NCBI GenBank assembly: GCA_951406725.2
Contig: OX597823.1
Coordinates: forward strand, 83,576,001 to 83,640,000
From: Octopus vulgaris
Lineage: Eukaryota
Length of the DNA stretch: 64,000 nt
Direction of reading: 5' to 3'
Every line of letters starts with the position of its first letter. Position 1 is the first letter of the stretch. A program made the translations under genes and the position numbers. The notes under the pieces are model-generated. The model saw only the letters and a program-made list of their open reading frames with translations. It was not told where the DNA came from and ran no database searches. Shown in pieces: positions 25,445 to 41,762 of the stretch.

Positions 25445-28085
<2,641 letters not shown>

Positions 28086-28092
28086 TTTCAAA

Positions 28093-28550
28093 GACGGCGA
28101 CCTGGCAGAATCTTTAGCACGCTGGTCGAATTACTGAGCAGTATTTCGCCCGTCGCTACGTCCTGAGTTCAAATTTTCGCCGAGGTCCACTTTGTCTTTC
28201 ATCCTTTTGGGATCAGTAAAATAAGTACCAGTTAAAAACTGGGGTTGATATAATCGACTCATCCCCACCTTCCTCAAGCTGTCCTTGTGGCAAAAATTTG
28301 TAATAATTATTATTATTATCATTATAATTTTTACAAAGGCGGCTAGCTGACAGAATCGTTACCACTATGGACAAAATGGATATCAGTATTTCATCCAGCT
28401 TTACGTTCTGAGTTCAATTCCTGCCGAGGTCGACTTCGCCTTCTGTTTTTTTTGGGGGGTCGATAAAACAAGTACCAGCTGAGTACTGGGATCGATGTAA
28501 TCAAATTGCTCCCCTCCCCAAATTGCTGGCCTTGTACCAAATTTGAAACG
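28093..28550 (+). mobile_element. Two diverged family-M SINEs
   Basis: two heads (28093, 28337), each with B-box and central domain. Confidence 0.75.
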
Positions 28551-29422
28551 ATGATGAGCGATTAATGAACCCGTAACCACGTGGTTGTGAAACAAGCTTC
28601 TTACCACACAGGTCACGTATATCCTAATAGTTTCTTGCCATTGAGACATGTGGTCAGGCAAATTTTTATAACGTGTCTCCAAGCAATCTTCGGGCTATGT
28701 GAACATGGTTTCTTCTACTTTAAAACAGGAGGCTGGTACATGAAAAACCACGAAAAAAAAAAAGGCTGATGCTAAAAGTGGAATGTGAAGACACAGAGTG
28801 AATAAAAATTAGAAAAGGAACGGAAAGAAAATTAGTGTAACTCCAATACAGTCTACGTTAAATGATATTTATCTATGATATTTATATATGTATAACCAAA
28901 ATAATAGATATATTAACTGGGTTGATTAAGTAATTTCTTTGAAGATTAAAGTGATGAACGACTTTCATAAATTTTCGATTCTTATTGGGTTCTTATGACC
29001 GGTGTCTACACCAATTTCAACTATCCCATAGAAATAAGCATTCAATCTGTATATATTCTGAACGATTACAGAAGACACAAAAATCTGGAACAACTAATTT
29101 GCATACAGAAAGTGTCAATACTTTAATTAATATTCAGGGGTCTATGAAAGAATATCTTAGTTCACATTGACTGCGGCGAAGCGGAGACACCATTTTTAAG
29201 GGTTTAGTCGATCAAATTTGCCGCAGTGCTCGCCCCTTTTTAAGCCTGGTAATTATTTTAACGGCCGCCTTGGCCGAACCGCTAAGTTACGGGGACGTTA
29301 ACACACCAGCACCGGATGATAAGCGATGCTGGAGACAGACAGACAGACACACACACACCTGGCTATTCGATATTTAAGAATTAGTTTACTAGAAACTTCT
29401 TTCAACATTTATCTTCCGATAG

Positions 29423-29835
29423 GGCGGCGAGCTGGCAGAAACGTTAGCACGCCAGCGAAATGCTTAGCAGTATTTCGTCTGCCGCTACGTTCTGAGTTCA
29501 AATTCCGCCGAGGTCGACTTTGCCTTTCGTCCTTTCGGGGTCGATTAAATAAGTACCAGTTACGCACTGGGGTCGACATAATCGACTTAATCTGTATGTC
29601 TGTCCTTGTTTGTCTCCTCTGCGTTTAGTCCCTTGTGGGTAGTAAAGAAATATGTATTTCGTCTGACGTTACGTTCTGAGTTCATATTCCGCCGAAGTCG
29701 ACTTCGCCTTTCATCCTTTCGGGGTCGATTAAATAAGTACCAGTTACGCACTGAGGTCGATGTAATCGACTTAATCCCTTTGTCTGTCCTTGTTTGTCCC
29801 CTCTACGTTTTGTCCCCTGTGGGCAATAAAGAAAT
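29423..29835 (+). mobile_element. Family-M SINE dimer
   Basis: full copy, then junction aaagaaatat|gtatttcgtctg at ~29653 and a headless second unit. Confidence 0.9.
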
Positions 29836-29959
29836 GAAAAAAATTCTATTCCGTATTTTCACACATTAACTTGTGTAGACTGAATCATGTAAAATGTTAG
29901 AGAAAGAAACCTATTTATTTGTTGCAATTCATATCAATACATACATCTAAAGGAAAATA

Positions 29960-30078
29960 TTTTCAGGAGCCCTTAATATACTATTGTAAATCCCTAATTT
30001 ACTATTTTTTGTGTGGAACCCCGCCCCAATTTGATATGGACCCTCAGGAGCCATGTGGACTCTGGTTGAGAACCACTG
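29960..30078. mobile_element. hAT-like MITE end
   Basis: ggttgagaaccactg is the reverse complement of cagtggttctcaacc, a typical hAT TIR; partner end not seen. Confidence 0.4.
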
Positions 30079-31302
30079 GTTTAGATCTCAATTATAAAAA
30101 AATGCGAAACAATTATTCTATGCTAATTTAGTTAATTTTATCAAACTCCATTTGCAGTTTGTAAGATAGTAATTTAAATGTGATAAAAAATTTTAAAAGA
30201 AATTTTTAAGTGCCTACGTAATAACTGTAAACCTCCTTTTTGACCACCCTGTATGTATTATCTCTCACACATTGCTTTCATTTTGTTTAAAACTTCTTTC
30301 TGATTGGATAAAAATGATCAAACTTTAGAGTTTTGTAACATTTTTCTAATTTAAAAAAAAAATAAATGCATCAATAAATCAGATTCAACATGAAAAGGTA
30401 CACCAATATACCAAATTTGAAAATTTTCGCTTAATTTCAAAATTTCAAAATCTGTGACGGCAACGGAAATGATCTCTCGCTCTCTGTCTGTCTGTATGTC
30501 TCCCTGTCTGTCTGTCCCTCTCTCTCTCTCTCTCTCTCTCTCCCTCTCTCTCTCTCTCTTCGTCTGTCTCTCATTTTCTCATGATAAACTTCCCCACTCT
30601 CTGTAAAAGCATATCGCTCATGCTGAGTGAGTGTGTCGCGCTTGTCAATACATGTGCGTAAGGAATTTCATTAGGGCGACAGAGTGATGTTAAAAAGGCA
30701 TGTAAAACAGTAATTTACTTTAATAGCATATTTTCCTGTTAGTAAATGTGCTTTTTCGTATACACACACGCACACACAAAGACTCGCTTGGTGCGAGGTG
30801 GGGGTTAAAGGTTTAAATAATTTTTTTCGTTGCTGCTTAAATCCCAGCAATGGACCACCGCTTCATCATTCCATAAAATTTGTTTATGGAGAGGAAAATA
30901 TTGAAAAACATCAATGCATGTCAAAGCGACAAAGACACGATGCAGAAACCAGGTGGTCGTAGGATGTGCTAGAAACACCAGCTAAATCTCCCTTAAATCA
31001 CATATCTTTTCATCTGTAAAGTATTTTCTTGTTATAAACAAAAAAAAAGGGAAGATTCGAACTGTCTATGTTCGAAAATTCGAAAAAAACCCTGACATTT
31101 TAGGATTTATGTGTGGGGAGAAGCGAAGTTAATGAAAGGCAGTATCCAGCATGGTCGCAGTCTAATGATTGAAACAAAAGATAAAAATTATGAATGTAAG
31201 TACCAATGGTGCGGTATTCGTCTTCAGAACGCATAGACATTTAGTGCCAAAAAATACACAAGGATTAGTAGCCCAGAAAAAGAAAAAAATGACCAGTAGT
31301 GA

Positions 31303-31509
31303 CCTCTTTTACTCTTTTACTTGTTTCAGTCATTTGATTGTGGCCATGCTGGAGTAACGCTTTAAGTCGATCAAATCGACCTCAGGATGTATTCTTTGTA
31401 AGCCTAGTACTTATTATATCGGTCTCTTTTGCCGAACCGCTAAGTTACGGGGACGTAAACACACCAGCATCGGTTGTCAAGCGATGTTGGGGGGACAAAC
31501 ACAGACACA

Positions 31510-31564
<55 letters not shown>

Positions 31565-31758
31565 GTATATACATATATATATACATACACTATACGACAG
31601 GTTTCTTTCAGTTTCCGTCTACCAAATCCACTCACAAAGCCTTGATCGGCCCGAGGCCATAGTAGAAGACACCTGCACAAGGTGCCACGGAGTGGGATTG
31701 AACTTGGAACCATGTGGCTGGTAAGCAAGCTACTTACCACATAGCCACTCCTACGCCC
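31303..31758 (-). mobile_element. Full-length family-C SINE
   Basis: tRNA-like head, CORE-like ggcaccttgtgcaggtgtcttctac, internal (CA)n, aagagtaaaagag tail. Confidence 0.9.
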
Positions 31759-31876
31759 ATTCACTGGACATTTTCCGCCTGATTTGATACTTCTGCGCTT
31801 TTTTTTGGTACTAAATGACTATACGTGATGCCATCTGAAGCCAAATGCCGCATTATTGTAGCTTTCTTTTAGTATA

Positions 31877-33159
31877 CGATGTCTGATCAATAAGTATCCG
31901 GACTGTTGTCATACTAACGAAGCTAAAGCATGCAAAATGAAGCCACTTGGCAACAATTAACCTCTGCTGTGCATATGCACTAAATTTTAACGTTATAGCT
32001 CACTTCTTCTGTTTACAGCAATGCTTGAAAGGAACGTGTATAGCGAGTGATCATCACATTGATCATGACAAAGTTGTCATCGCGATAACTGCTCAGAGGT
32101 CTACGCAAAGTTGCAGAAAGTGTATGGGGAAGAGTGTATGAGCCGCACACAAGTGTACGAGTGTTTCAGACGTTTCCATAGATGGCAGAAAAAAATGACG
32201 ATATTGACGAACGTTCTGGGAGACCCGCAACCAACAGAACTGAGAAAAACATCGCAGAAGTGCGTGCAGCTGTGAGGGGAAATTATCGAATCACCATCCG
32301 TGAGTTAGAGGATGTGTAGATTAGTTACGGGTCGGTTCAGTCCCTTATCACGGAAGATTTGGGTACGAGACACGCTTTTGTCAAAACTGCTTTCATCTGA
32401 CCAAAGAGACACTCGGGTTTGAGTTGCACAAGATCTCCTTCATTACTCTTACTCTCTTTTACTCTTTTACATGTTTCAGTCATTTGACTGCGGCCATGCT
32501 GGAGCACCGCCTTTAGTCGAGCAAATCGACCCCGGGACTTATTCTTTGTAAGCCCAGTACTTATTCTATCGGTCTATTTTGCCAAACCGCTAAGTGACGG
32601 GGACGTAATCACACCAGCATCGGTTGTCAAGCAATGCTAGGGGTACAAACACACAAACACATACATACATATACATATATATACATACATATGACAGGCT
32701 TATTTCAGTTTCCGTCTACCAAATCCACTCACAAGGCATTGGTCGGCCCGGGGCTATAGCAGAAGACACTTGCCCAAGATGCCACACAGTGAGACTGAAC
32801 CCGGAACCATGTGGTTGGTTAGCAAGCTACTTACCACACAGCCACTCCTGCGCCTATTGTGTCGAGAATGATGAAAATTTTTGAAAACTTTGTGTAGGCC
32901 ACTGAGCAGGTATAGCCAAGTACTTGGCAAAATTTGATGTAGAGTTCTGCTCAACTTTCTCTGTAATGGTCAATGCGACGATCACACGCTACACAGCTTT
33001 TCTTCAAGTACAGCTGTAAACAGCAGAAGTGAGCTAAAACATTAAAAGTTAGTGCACATGCAAAGCAGAGGACAACGTCAATCTGTGCCGAGCGACTTTA
33101 ATACGCGTGCTTTAGCTTCGTTACTATGGCAACAGTCCGGATACTTATTGATCAGATTA
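31877..33159 (+). mobile_element. Mariner deletion derivative with long TIRs, interrupted by a SINE
   Basis: ends ctgatcaataagtatccggactgttg / caacagtccggatacttattgatcag; HTH remnants KVYGEECMSRTQVYE, DERSGRP; AQDLLH|CVENDENFLK split by the SINE. Confidence 0.85.
32443..32855 (-). mobile_element. Full-length family-C SINE
   Basis: aggcgcaggagtggctgtgtggtaag head; CORE-like cttgggcaagtgtctt; tail of agagtaa repeats. Confidence 0.92.
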
Positions 33160-33231
33160 CACATTCACGTTATGTAGGATATAGAGTTCATTTCGATATG
33201 AATACTACTTCAGTCACTAATAATGAATATT

Positions 33232-33802
33232 GTTTTCTACTCAAGGCACAAGGCCCGAAATTTTGGGGGAGGGGCGGTCGGTTAGATCGACCCCAGTACG
33301 CAACTGGTACTAAATTTATCGACCCCGAAACGATGAAATGTAAAGTCGACCGCGGCGGAATTTGAACTCAGAACGTAAAGGCAGATGAAATACCTACTTC
33401 TTTACTACCCACAAGGGGCTAAACACAGAGAGAACAAACAAGAATAGACAAACGAATTAAGTCGATTACATCGACCCCAGTGCGTAAATGGTACTTAATT
33501 TATCGACCCCGAAAGGATGAAAGGCAAAGTCGACGTCGGCGGAATTTGAACATAGAACGTAACGGCTGACGAAATACCGCAAAGCATTTCGCCCGGCGTG
33601 CTAACATTTCTGGCAGCTCACTGCTTTGAATGTCAGCAACATTCTTTACTACTGTAGGCACAAGACCCGAAATTTTTGGGGAGCGGGCCAGTTGATTAAA
33701 ACGAACCAGTACGCAGCTGGTACTTAATTTGTCGACCCCGAAAGGATGAAAGGCAAAGTCGACCTCGACGGAATTTGAACTCAGAAAGTAAAGACAGACG
33801 AA
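33232..33802 (-). mobile_element. Family-M SINE dimer (33232-33625) plus an adjacent partial copy
   Basis: junction at ~33394 at the same internal gtatttc position as the 22.2-kb array. Confidence 0.88.
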
Positions 33803-33819
33803 CTAAAAACGAGTATTTT

Positions 33820-34217
33820 TTATTTCTTTTATCTTTTCCTTCTTTCAGTCACCACGGCTTTGAAGACGTTTTAGTCGAATGAATCAACGGCAGCATTTTT
33901 CTTTGATTGGTTTTTGAAGTCTGAAATTTATTCTATCGGTCTCTTTTGCCGAATCGCTGACTTACGGGAACATAAACAAACCAATATCGGTTGTCAGCGG
34001 TAATAGGGGACAGACATATGCACAAACACACACATGCACAAACACACACACACACACATGCGGCGAGCTTCTTCCAGTTTCCGTTTACCAAATCCACTCA
34101 CAAGGCTTTGGTCGGATCAAGGCTATATTAGACGACACTTGTCCTAGGTTTCACTCAGAAGGACTGAACACGGAACCATGTGGTTAAGAAGTAAGCTCCT
34201 TACCACACAACCACGCC
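33820..34217 (-). mobile_element. Family-C SINE, diverged
   Basis: shared ttctatcggtctcttttgccgaa and caaatccactcacaaggctttggtcgg blocks. Confidence 0.8.
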
Positions 34218-34228
34218 ATATACATATA

Positions 34229-34269
<41 letters not shown>

Positions 34270-34337
34270 GTGTGTTATATACATCCAACTACTATACAGC
34301 ATAAATGCCATTCAATATATATTCTTGATTTATTAAA

Positions 34338-34425
<88 letters not shown>

Positions 34426-34736
34426 CGATCCCTATAGATCGTTTTATTTTCCTCTTCCCCTTTTTTCCTCTTTTTTCTTCTTTTTTCATTTTTCTTTTCT
34501 TTTGTTCCTTTTCCTTTTTTTCTTTTTTTTCTTTCCTTTTGTTTTGTTCTTTTCTCCCTTTTACGATCCCTTTTGATCGAAAACCTACGCCACCCCTTTT
34601 TTTGTTTCTTTTGTTTTTTGTTTGGTTTTTGTTTTTTTTCATCCCCCAAAAGAAAAGCTCTACCTTGTAACATGTCCCATCTGTGTGCAGCCCTGTGTGG
34701 CCAATAAAGAAACTTATCTATCTATCTATCTATCTA

Positions 34737-34799
<63 letters not shown>

Positions 34800-34825
34800 A
34801 TACACACATGTATATGTATATATAT

Positions 34826-34886
<61 letters not shown>

Positions 34887-35377
34887 TATACATGTGTGTA
34901 TACACACACACACACACACACATATATACATGCATATATATATGTTGGGATTTCCATACAGTTTTGCAGGGAGGGCATTATGTCAGTCAGAGGCTATAAT
35001 AGAAGATATTTGCCTAAGGTGCTGTGAAGTCGAACTGAAATCGAAACAACGTGGTTGTAAAGCGTGCTTTTTAACCACGTAGCCACGCCTATAAATTTTA
35101 ACATAGATAATATATATATATTTAATCATAAGGTTATACTTTTTTCTGTGCTTTCAGTGGGTCAATGACCCGATATCACGCATGTTGGCACGCATGCGTC
35201 TGGGCTTAATGGTTTCTCCTCCCCGCAGATTATCTCACTGATTAGGAAGAGAAGCATGTGAAGGTGAAAGCATGCTATCTTTGTAGGGTATCACATTTGT
35301 ATGCAGACTGTCTGTTAGCATTCCCGTGTCGCAAGGCCAATTTGATTTAAATTACAGGTTTCGGATTGTGAGTGGGA

Positions 35378-35417
<40 letters not shown>

Positions 35418-35563
35418 GTGGGAAGAAAGAGAGAAAGACAGAGAGAGAGAAAGAGAAAGTGAGAAAGGGAGTGAGAGTACGTGTGTGATTACACTTCTCC
35501 ATCTATCCATGTATGTTTGTTTGTATACATGTATGTATGCATGCATATATACATACATAATAC

Positions 35564-35603
<40 letters not shown>

Positions 35604-35608
<5 letters not shown>

Positions 35609-36940
35609 CAACAATTGAGGGTAAAATTAATTAATTATTAATCAATTTCACCAAGTATTCAGTATGCAAAGGGACCATTTAAGGCGAATTCAAATTATTA
35701 CATTATATAAAAGGGCTTAGTAAAATAAATTACTTTGCCACATACTGAACTCATTAGAAATAGTAGCTAAAAAACTTTTTTAAAACTATTTCTAATACTT
35801 AAAGAAAATCTCTCTCATATAGTGTTTGCTCAATTCAACTCACGAAAGTATGGGGGTAAAGATATTAAAAAATCAAATGCAAAGGTTATTTGAGAACGTA
35901 CGTTTCTAGATTAGTCAACTCGACATTTCTATCATCAGCTCAGAACTCCTTGGTTTGGATTTGAAAACACTGAAAGTGGGAGCATACCCTTTCGGCTTCT
36001 TATCGCTTCTGAAGATCTGCTCGAAACTAACAGTGCCAGCAAACTCAAAATATGCAAGCGAAGAATTTCTGCTCTCCCCTTTCCACCAGCGTGGGTTAAA
36101 ATCAGTAAACACTATGCTCAAGGGGACAAACAAGGACAGAGAAGGGGATTAAATCGATTACATCGACCCCAGTGCGTAACTGGTACTTAATTTATCGACC
36201 CCGAAAGGATGATAAGCAAAGTCGACCTCGGCGGAATTTGAGCTCAGAACGTAACGGCAGACGAAATACCGCTAAGCATTTCGCCCGATGTGCCAACGTT
36301 TCTGCCAGCTCGAATCCAATAATGACAATACAAAGTATGTAGCCCTTAAAACGGTTTTTGTGCTTTTACAGAGAATACCGAACTGTCTTACACAGGATCT
36401 TATTTTTAGGAAATCCCAATAAGTTATGAATACCCGAATTGTGAAGTCAAGTCATTAAATAACATGAAATTAGTTACCCGATAGTAATAATTCAAATACA
36501 GTAGCCCCGAAAAGGGCCTTAATGCATTCTCTGAGTATATAGAACATAAGAGGAAATACTAAAATGGTATGTATACTAAAATCGTAAAGCATGTTACATA
36601 ATAACAGACTAATCAGATATGAGATAATAACAATTCAAAGTAAATAACTCTGAAAGGACCTTTGTGCGTTCCCAGAGAATACTACCCTCAAGGGTGCTAG
36701 TGTTGCTACATTCGTGAATACGTTACAAACCAAAATAAGTGGATCTATTGTTTAGGTAAATACTATTTACTTGTTTAAGGGTTGTACTGGATAAAGTGCG
36801 AAAATAACTCTAGCAGCTCAAATACTAAGAAATAAGCATACTCAATTTGATTTATACCAAATAATTTAGGAAAATGGACGGATTATTTCCCTTGGCTATA
36901 TATAAGGATCCCTTCCAGGGATCCTATTATCGATTTTATT
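35604..36940 (-). mobile_element. Non-coding hammerhead-bearing element ending in (TA)n (Penelope-associated or retrozyme-like); contains an M-SINE fragment at 36120-36312
   Basis: hammerhead ~290 nt from the (TA)n end; no RT ORF; short hairpins such as aggatccct-tcc-agggatcct at ~36905-36925; right boundary uncertain. Confidence 0.5.
35891..35942 (-). ncRNA. Type-I minimal hammerhead ribozyme with intact core
   Basis: minus strand TGAG CTGATGA TAGA..TCTA GAAA CGTACG TT CTCA: stem I tgag/ctca, stem II taga/tcta, palindromic stem III acgtacgt, GUU site. Confidence 0.8.
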
Positions 36941-37254
36941 CAACAATCTGAGTATGCACTGAAGTTTCCAGACATGAGTTCTACTCCCGTGTCAAGTTTT
37001 ATCAAAATCGATAGAACGATATAGGAGGAGTAAGCTAACAACTCCACAAACATGCCCACAGACATAATTTCCCACATATGACGGAGATAGACATATGTGT
37101 GAGAGTATTTCAACATGCATACGTATACATAATACATATATACATACATACATACATACACACATGTAAGTAAATATATATATGTGTGTGTGTGTGAATG
37201 TGTGTATATACACGCAATATATATATATATGTGTGTGTGTGTGAATGTGTGTAT

Positions 37255-37287
<33 letters not shown>

Positions 37288-37321
37288 CATATATATATAT
37301 ATACATACACATGTATATATA

Positions 37322-37930
37322 CAGGAGGCGATGAGTAAATTGTCACCATTTTATATTCTTAATTTCGCTCATGCGCATTGGTTGTTTTTGATTTTGTCTG
37401 CTACAGAGTATAGTAGGGGCAGTTGGGTACCGTTTGTGAATCTATCAGTGGCTTTATAAAGTGTTTGTCTTGGCTTCCTGAATCTATTAATGCCGCTATA
37501 AATCAATAGATACCAACACAATCCAAATGGTATGAGCCAGTTCATTCTATAGCTGAAATCAACGATGTTGCCACCTATCAATTTCATAATTCTTTTCAAC
37601 CCACAGATGGCTCACTTCACAATCTACAATGGAGAGCAGTGGTTTAGTGCGACACTGAAGTGGTGTGATTCTTGCTGTCAAAACTTTTATGCCTCGTGTG
37701 GCTGTTTGTGTTAACTGAGATGCTTTCATTCCGTGCATTCCTTTTGTCTCATCAAATATGTCATTTCTGTTCAAGCGACTTTAGTTTCCTCAAGCATACA
37801 GGAGTTGAACTGATAAAGCTGTCCCTATCATGCCTATCGCTATGTTGTATGCTCACACGTTGGACCAAAAAGACATATTTTTATAAGAACATCAAGTCAC
37901 AGAAGTAGAAATTTTGCTTATTCTAGAGAG
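37322..37930. mobile_element. Possible Tc1/mariner-type non-autonomous remnant
   Basis: starts TA-cagg..taaattgtcaccatttt, TIR-like; other end not identified. Confidence 0.35.
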
Positions 37931-38262
37931 TTCTTGCCGAATAAAACACATTTCTGATAAATTGATCCTTATATTTGGGTTGTATGTGAATTAAAATTTG
38001 CAAGGAAATAAATGAAGACCTATGGATACAAAGGTAATCTTTTCTTAAGTCATAAGATTAAAATTAGGAATAAACACAGTCTAAAATGAATCGCACTTCA
38101 TAAAAAGCTGGGAAAATTCAACTTTTAACGTGTATCTGCATTACAATGAAAATATTTCCTAATATAGTTGCTTACCAAAAGCACTACGTAAAAAGTAGCT
38201 TTCAGTTAATTCACTTAACTATAAATATTCTTCTCCACCCACACATATACAGGCGATGATGG

Positions 38263-38326
<64 letters not shown>

Positions 38327-39249
38327 TATATAATGAAAATGTCTAGCGATCCTCACAAATCACATCATACGGGAAAAATAAAGAGTTAAAATGCACCAGA
38401 GGTTTTATTGAATCTCAAAATATAGTATTATTAAATGTTTGCGCATAATTTCGAAATAAAATGTTTAGAACATTTACTTTTATCTTTTTTACCGGTTTCA
38501 GCTTTAAATGTCACTAAATGTCTTTATCCAATTTCATTAAATGTTTTGATATCATTTCAAAAGCGATATAAAACAAAAATAAAAGAAGAATAATCGTATA
38601 TCGTTAATGAAATCATTATTGTGAATGCATAATCATGTTAGTAACAGGGGATGTAATTTCAAGGAGCATAATTAAATCAAACACGGGATATAATAAACCA
38701 CAATTCGTTTAAGTTCATCATCTGATGTTTGTTTATAAACTACATTTCTTTGGTTATTTGTTGTCATTCAGTTGCTGAATCGTAGTGATCTTATATAGTA
38801 ATATTCAACATAATTCTGGAATTGAAGTTAGCAAACACTAGCTAGACTAATTTACTATTGAGCAATCAGACTGCAATGATAAGAGATTTATTATAGATGA
38901 GCGTCAATTTAATTACGTTATGTTCGAACTGACTGCCAAATAACAAAATTCAGGTACAGCTATGGTTAGTGAAGTTGGGCCAACTTATATAAACCTAATT
39001 TTGAAATATCATGAATTAAAAGTTTATGAATATTATCAACAAATATTTGGAAATAATTTGTTTCAGTAGTTACTGAAAGAGATCGAAAATATTCTCGTTA
39101 GAGTTGTATACGGGACCTTGTGGCCCTTTTTCCACCTCTCTGCATTTTAGGTTCATGTTCTTTCGTGTTAATCATTGCCTGTCATCCTTTCAGTGTCGAT
39201 AAGAAGGTATTAAGCCCAGGGTAATGGATTACCAAAACTGCATGCTCAT

Positions 39250-39520
39250 CGGACGTGGTGTCTGTTTTTGGATAATTGCATTTTGACTGCAACATCTACG
39301 ACAACATTAGTTCCAAACTTTATCTGTCTTGCCTTTTCATACTTTGAGAGGAAATCTCCAAGTGCAAATTTCCCAAGCCATTTGAAACAAACGACAACCT
39401 ATAAATATAGTTTCTTCACAGGAAAACTTGCTCTCTACAGCATCGATGAGTATCTGCAGTTCCTTTTTTATTGTCAGCCTACAATCACCAAAGTAGAATG
39501 GAAGATTTGATGGGTTTCTT
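39250..39520 (-). pseudogene. Highly degraded LINE RT fragment
   Basis: KKELQILIDAV and FKWLG resemble post-YADD RT motifs. Confidence 0.3.
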
Positions 39521-39985
39521 TCTCTTTGCACGTCTCACATGTCCCTTCCTTATCGTCTACTAAAGTTTTAATTCAGACAATGCTTCTGTTTATGCTAGCT
39601 ACTGTCGATTTCCATTCTGTTCTGAGCTGTTTTGTTGCGTTTCGTTTCTCTTATGAAAAACATATCACAACAAACGGCCTAAATTAACTGTAATTATATA
39701 ACATACTTATTGATGAAAACTGTATCGAAGCATTAGTGTAGAGATGCAGCTGATTTTAACGAGCGTCGACCAAGTCATTTATTGAATTCTATTTTGTGAT
39801 TGCATTGATGAATGATAGCTTGACGATGTGACCTTCATCGATAATACACTTAAGTTAACCATAAAGCTATAACAGCAGTTTTCTGCCTATTCGTTTGGTT
39901 TTATGCTTGACGAAGATTCCGTTGTGCCAAATTATATACATTATGTATAATGTTATAATGTATAATTATGTATAATATTATGTAC

Positions 39986-40038
<53 letters not shown>

Positions 40039-40419
40039 ATGTATTATATCATACTCCAGCCCCTAAGAGAAAGAAAGAGCGAGGGAGAGAGATTGTTTAC
40101 TAAGAAATAAAAGACACGAGAAGACAAGTGGGAGAGAGAATGTATGTATGTATACATACTGTTCGTATGTCAAGTTAGAGTCGAGTTCGGTGAACTTAAT
40201 TCATGTTCATAGAAAATAATAATAGAAAATACCAATTTATTTCAACATAAAAGCACGTGCTGCTTCCAATAGCTGATGCATCGCCTGTAAACCCTAACTG
40301 GAATGCCGCTAAGACCTAGCAGCAAGTCGCCACACAGCTACAATATGATTGCAAGTTGTGCAATTTCATGGGATCAAAATAATGAATTTATAATAATACA
40401 TAATGTATAGTGCTGATTT

Positions 40420-41170
40420 TAGATTTTGGCACAAAGCCAGCAATTTCCGGGGAGCGAGTAAGTCGATTATATCGATGCCAGAGCTTAAATTTTACTAATT
40501 TGATCGACCCTGAAAGGATGAAAGGCAAAGTTGACCTCGGTGGAGTTTGAACTCACAACATAAAGACGGACGAAAAACCACTAAGCATTTTACCTGGCGC
40601 GCTAACGTTTCTGCCAGCTCTCCGCCTTGTGCTTCTATGTAATATTATTTGTACTATAGGCACAAGGCCAGCAATTTCAAGAAAGAGAGTATGTCGATTA
40701 AATCGACCCCAATACCCAACTTATTCTATTGGCCACAAAATAATGAAAGGCAAAGTTGATCTCGGTGGAATTTGAACCCAGAGCGTAAAGACAGACTAAA
40801 TACTACTAAGCATTTTGCCCGGCATGCTAACGGTTCTGCCAGCCCACCGCCTTACTAAATATTGGTTTCAATGTTTCTCACGAGACCAGCCAGTTCGAGG
40901 AAGGACTTAAAGTCGATTACATCACCTGGTTCTAAAGACGAATGAAATGCCGCTAAGCATTTAGCCCGGCGTGCTAACGACTCTGCCGGCTGGCTGCCTT
41001 AGTAGAATATATAACATTAACAATAAATATTTCTTTCTACTAAAAGCACAAAGCCTGAAATTTTGGGAAGCGAGGGATAATCATTTATATCGACCGAGTG
41101 CTCTACTGAGACTTATCTTATCGACCCGAAAGGATAAAATGCGATTCGACTTCGGCCGAATTTGAACACT
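40420..41170 (-). mobile_element. Cluster of about four diverged family-M SINEs
   Basis: repeated gaaaggcaaagt..ctcgg..tttgaac and gctaac..ctgcc blocks. Confidence 0.8.
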
Positions 41171-41532
41171 TCTGCCGCTACTGCGTGTACAAGTGAGTTG
41201 TTCCTTCTTAAACTTATTTCAGCTAAGCGAACTCGACCTTTTGACTGTAAAGTGTCTTGACTAAGCATAAAATGTGTCAAGGAACGAAATGCGACCGATT
41301 CCTCTTTGGGTTATGATTACCTGGTGTTCTACCAAATTTATCATCTGTTGTCCCATTTTTTTATGGTTTATTCAGAAGAGGGACGGAAGTCCTCATAAGC
41401 TTTTCCAGAGCTCCTGAAATTGATGAGGGTTGCGATGGTGCAATAATCCACTACTCATGATTGTTGTAAGACAATACCGCTTATCATGATATAGAACTAT
41501 TCTTAAACTGAGAATATAGTCGGGATTCTTGA

Positions 41533-41762
41533 GGCGGCCAGCTGGCAGAATCGTTAGGACGCCGGGCGAAATGCTTAGCGGTATTTCGTCTGCCGTTACG
41601 TTCTAAGTTCAAATTCCGCCGAGGTCGACTTTGCCTTTCATTCTTTCGGGGTCGATAAATTAAATACCAGTTACGCACTGGGGTCGATGTAATCGACTTA
41701 ATCCGTTTGCCTGTCCTTGTTTGTCCCCTCTGTGTTTAGCCCCTTGTGGGCAATAAAGAAAT
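41533..41762 (+). mobile_element. Full-length family-M SINE (good monomer reference)
   Basis: complete head, B-box, central domain and tail ..gccccttgtgggcaataaagaaata. Confidence 0.92.

Noticed and set aside
34415-34673. Lys/Glu-rich ORFs
   Set aside because: Low-complexity polypyrimidine tract read on the minus strand.
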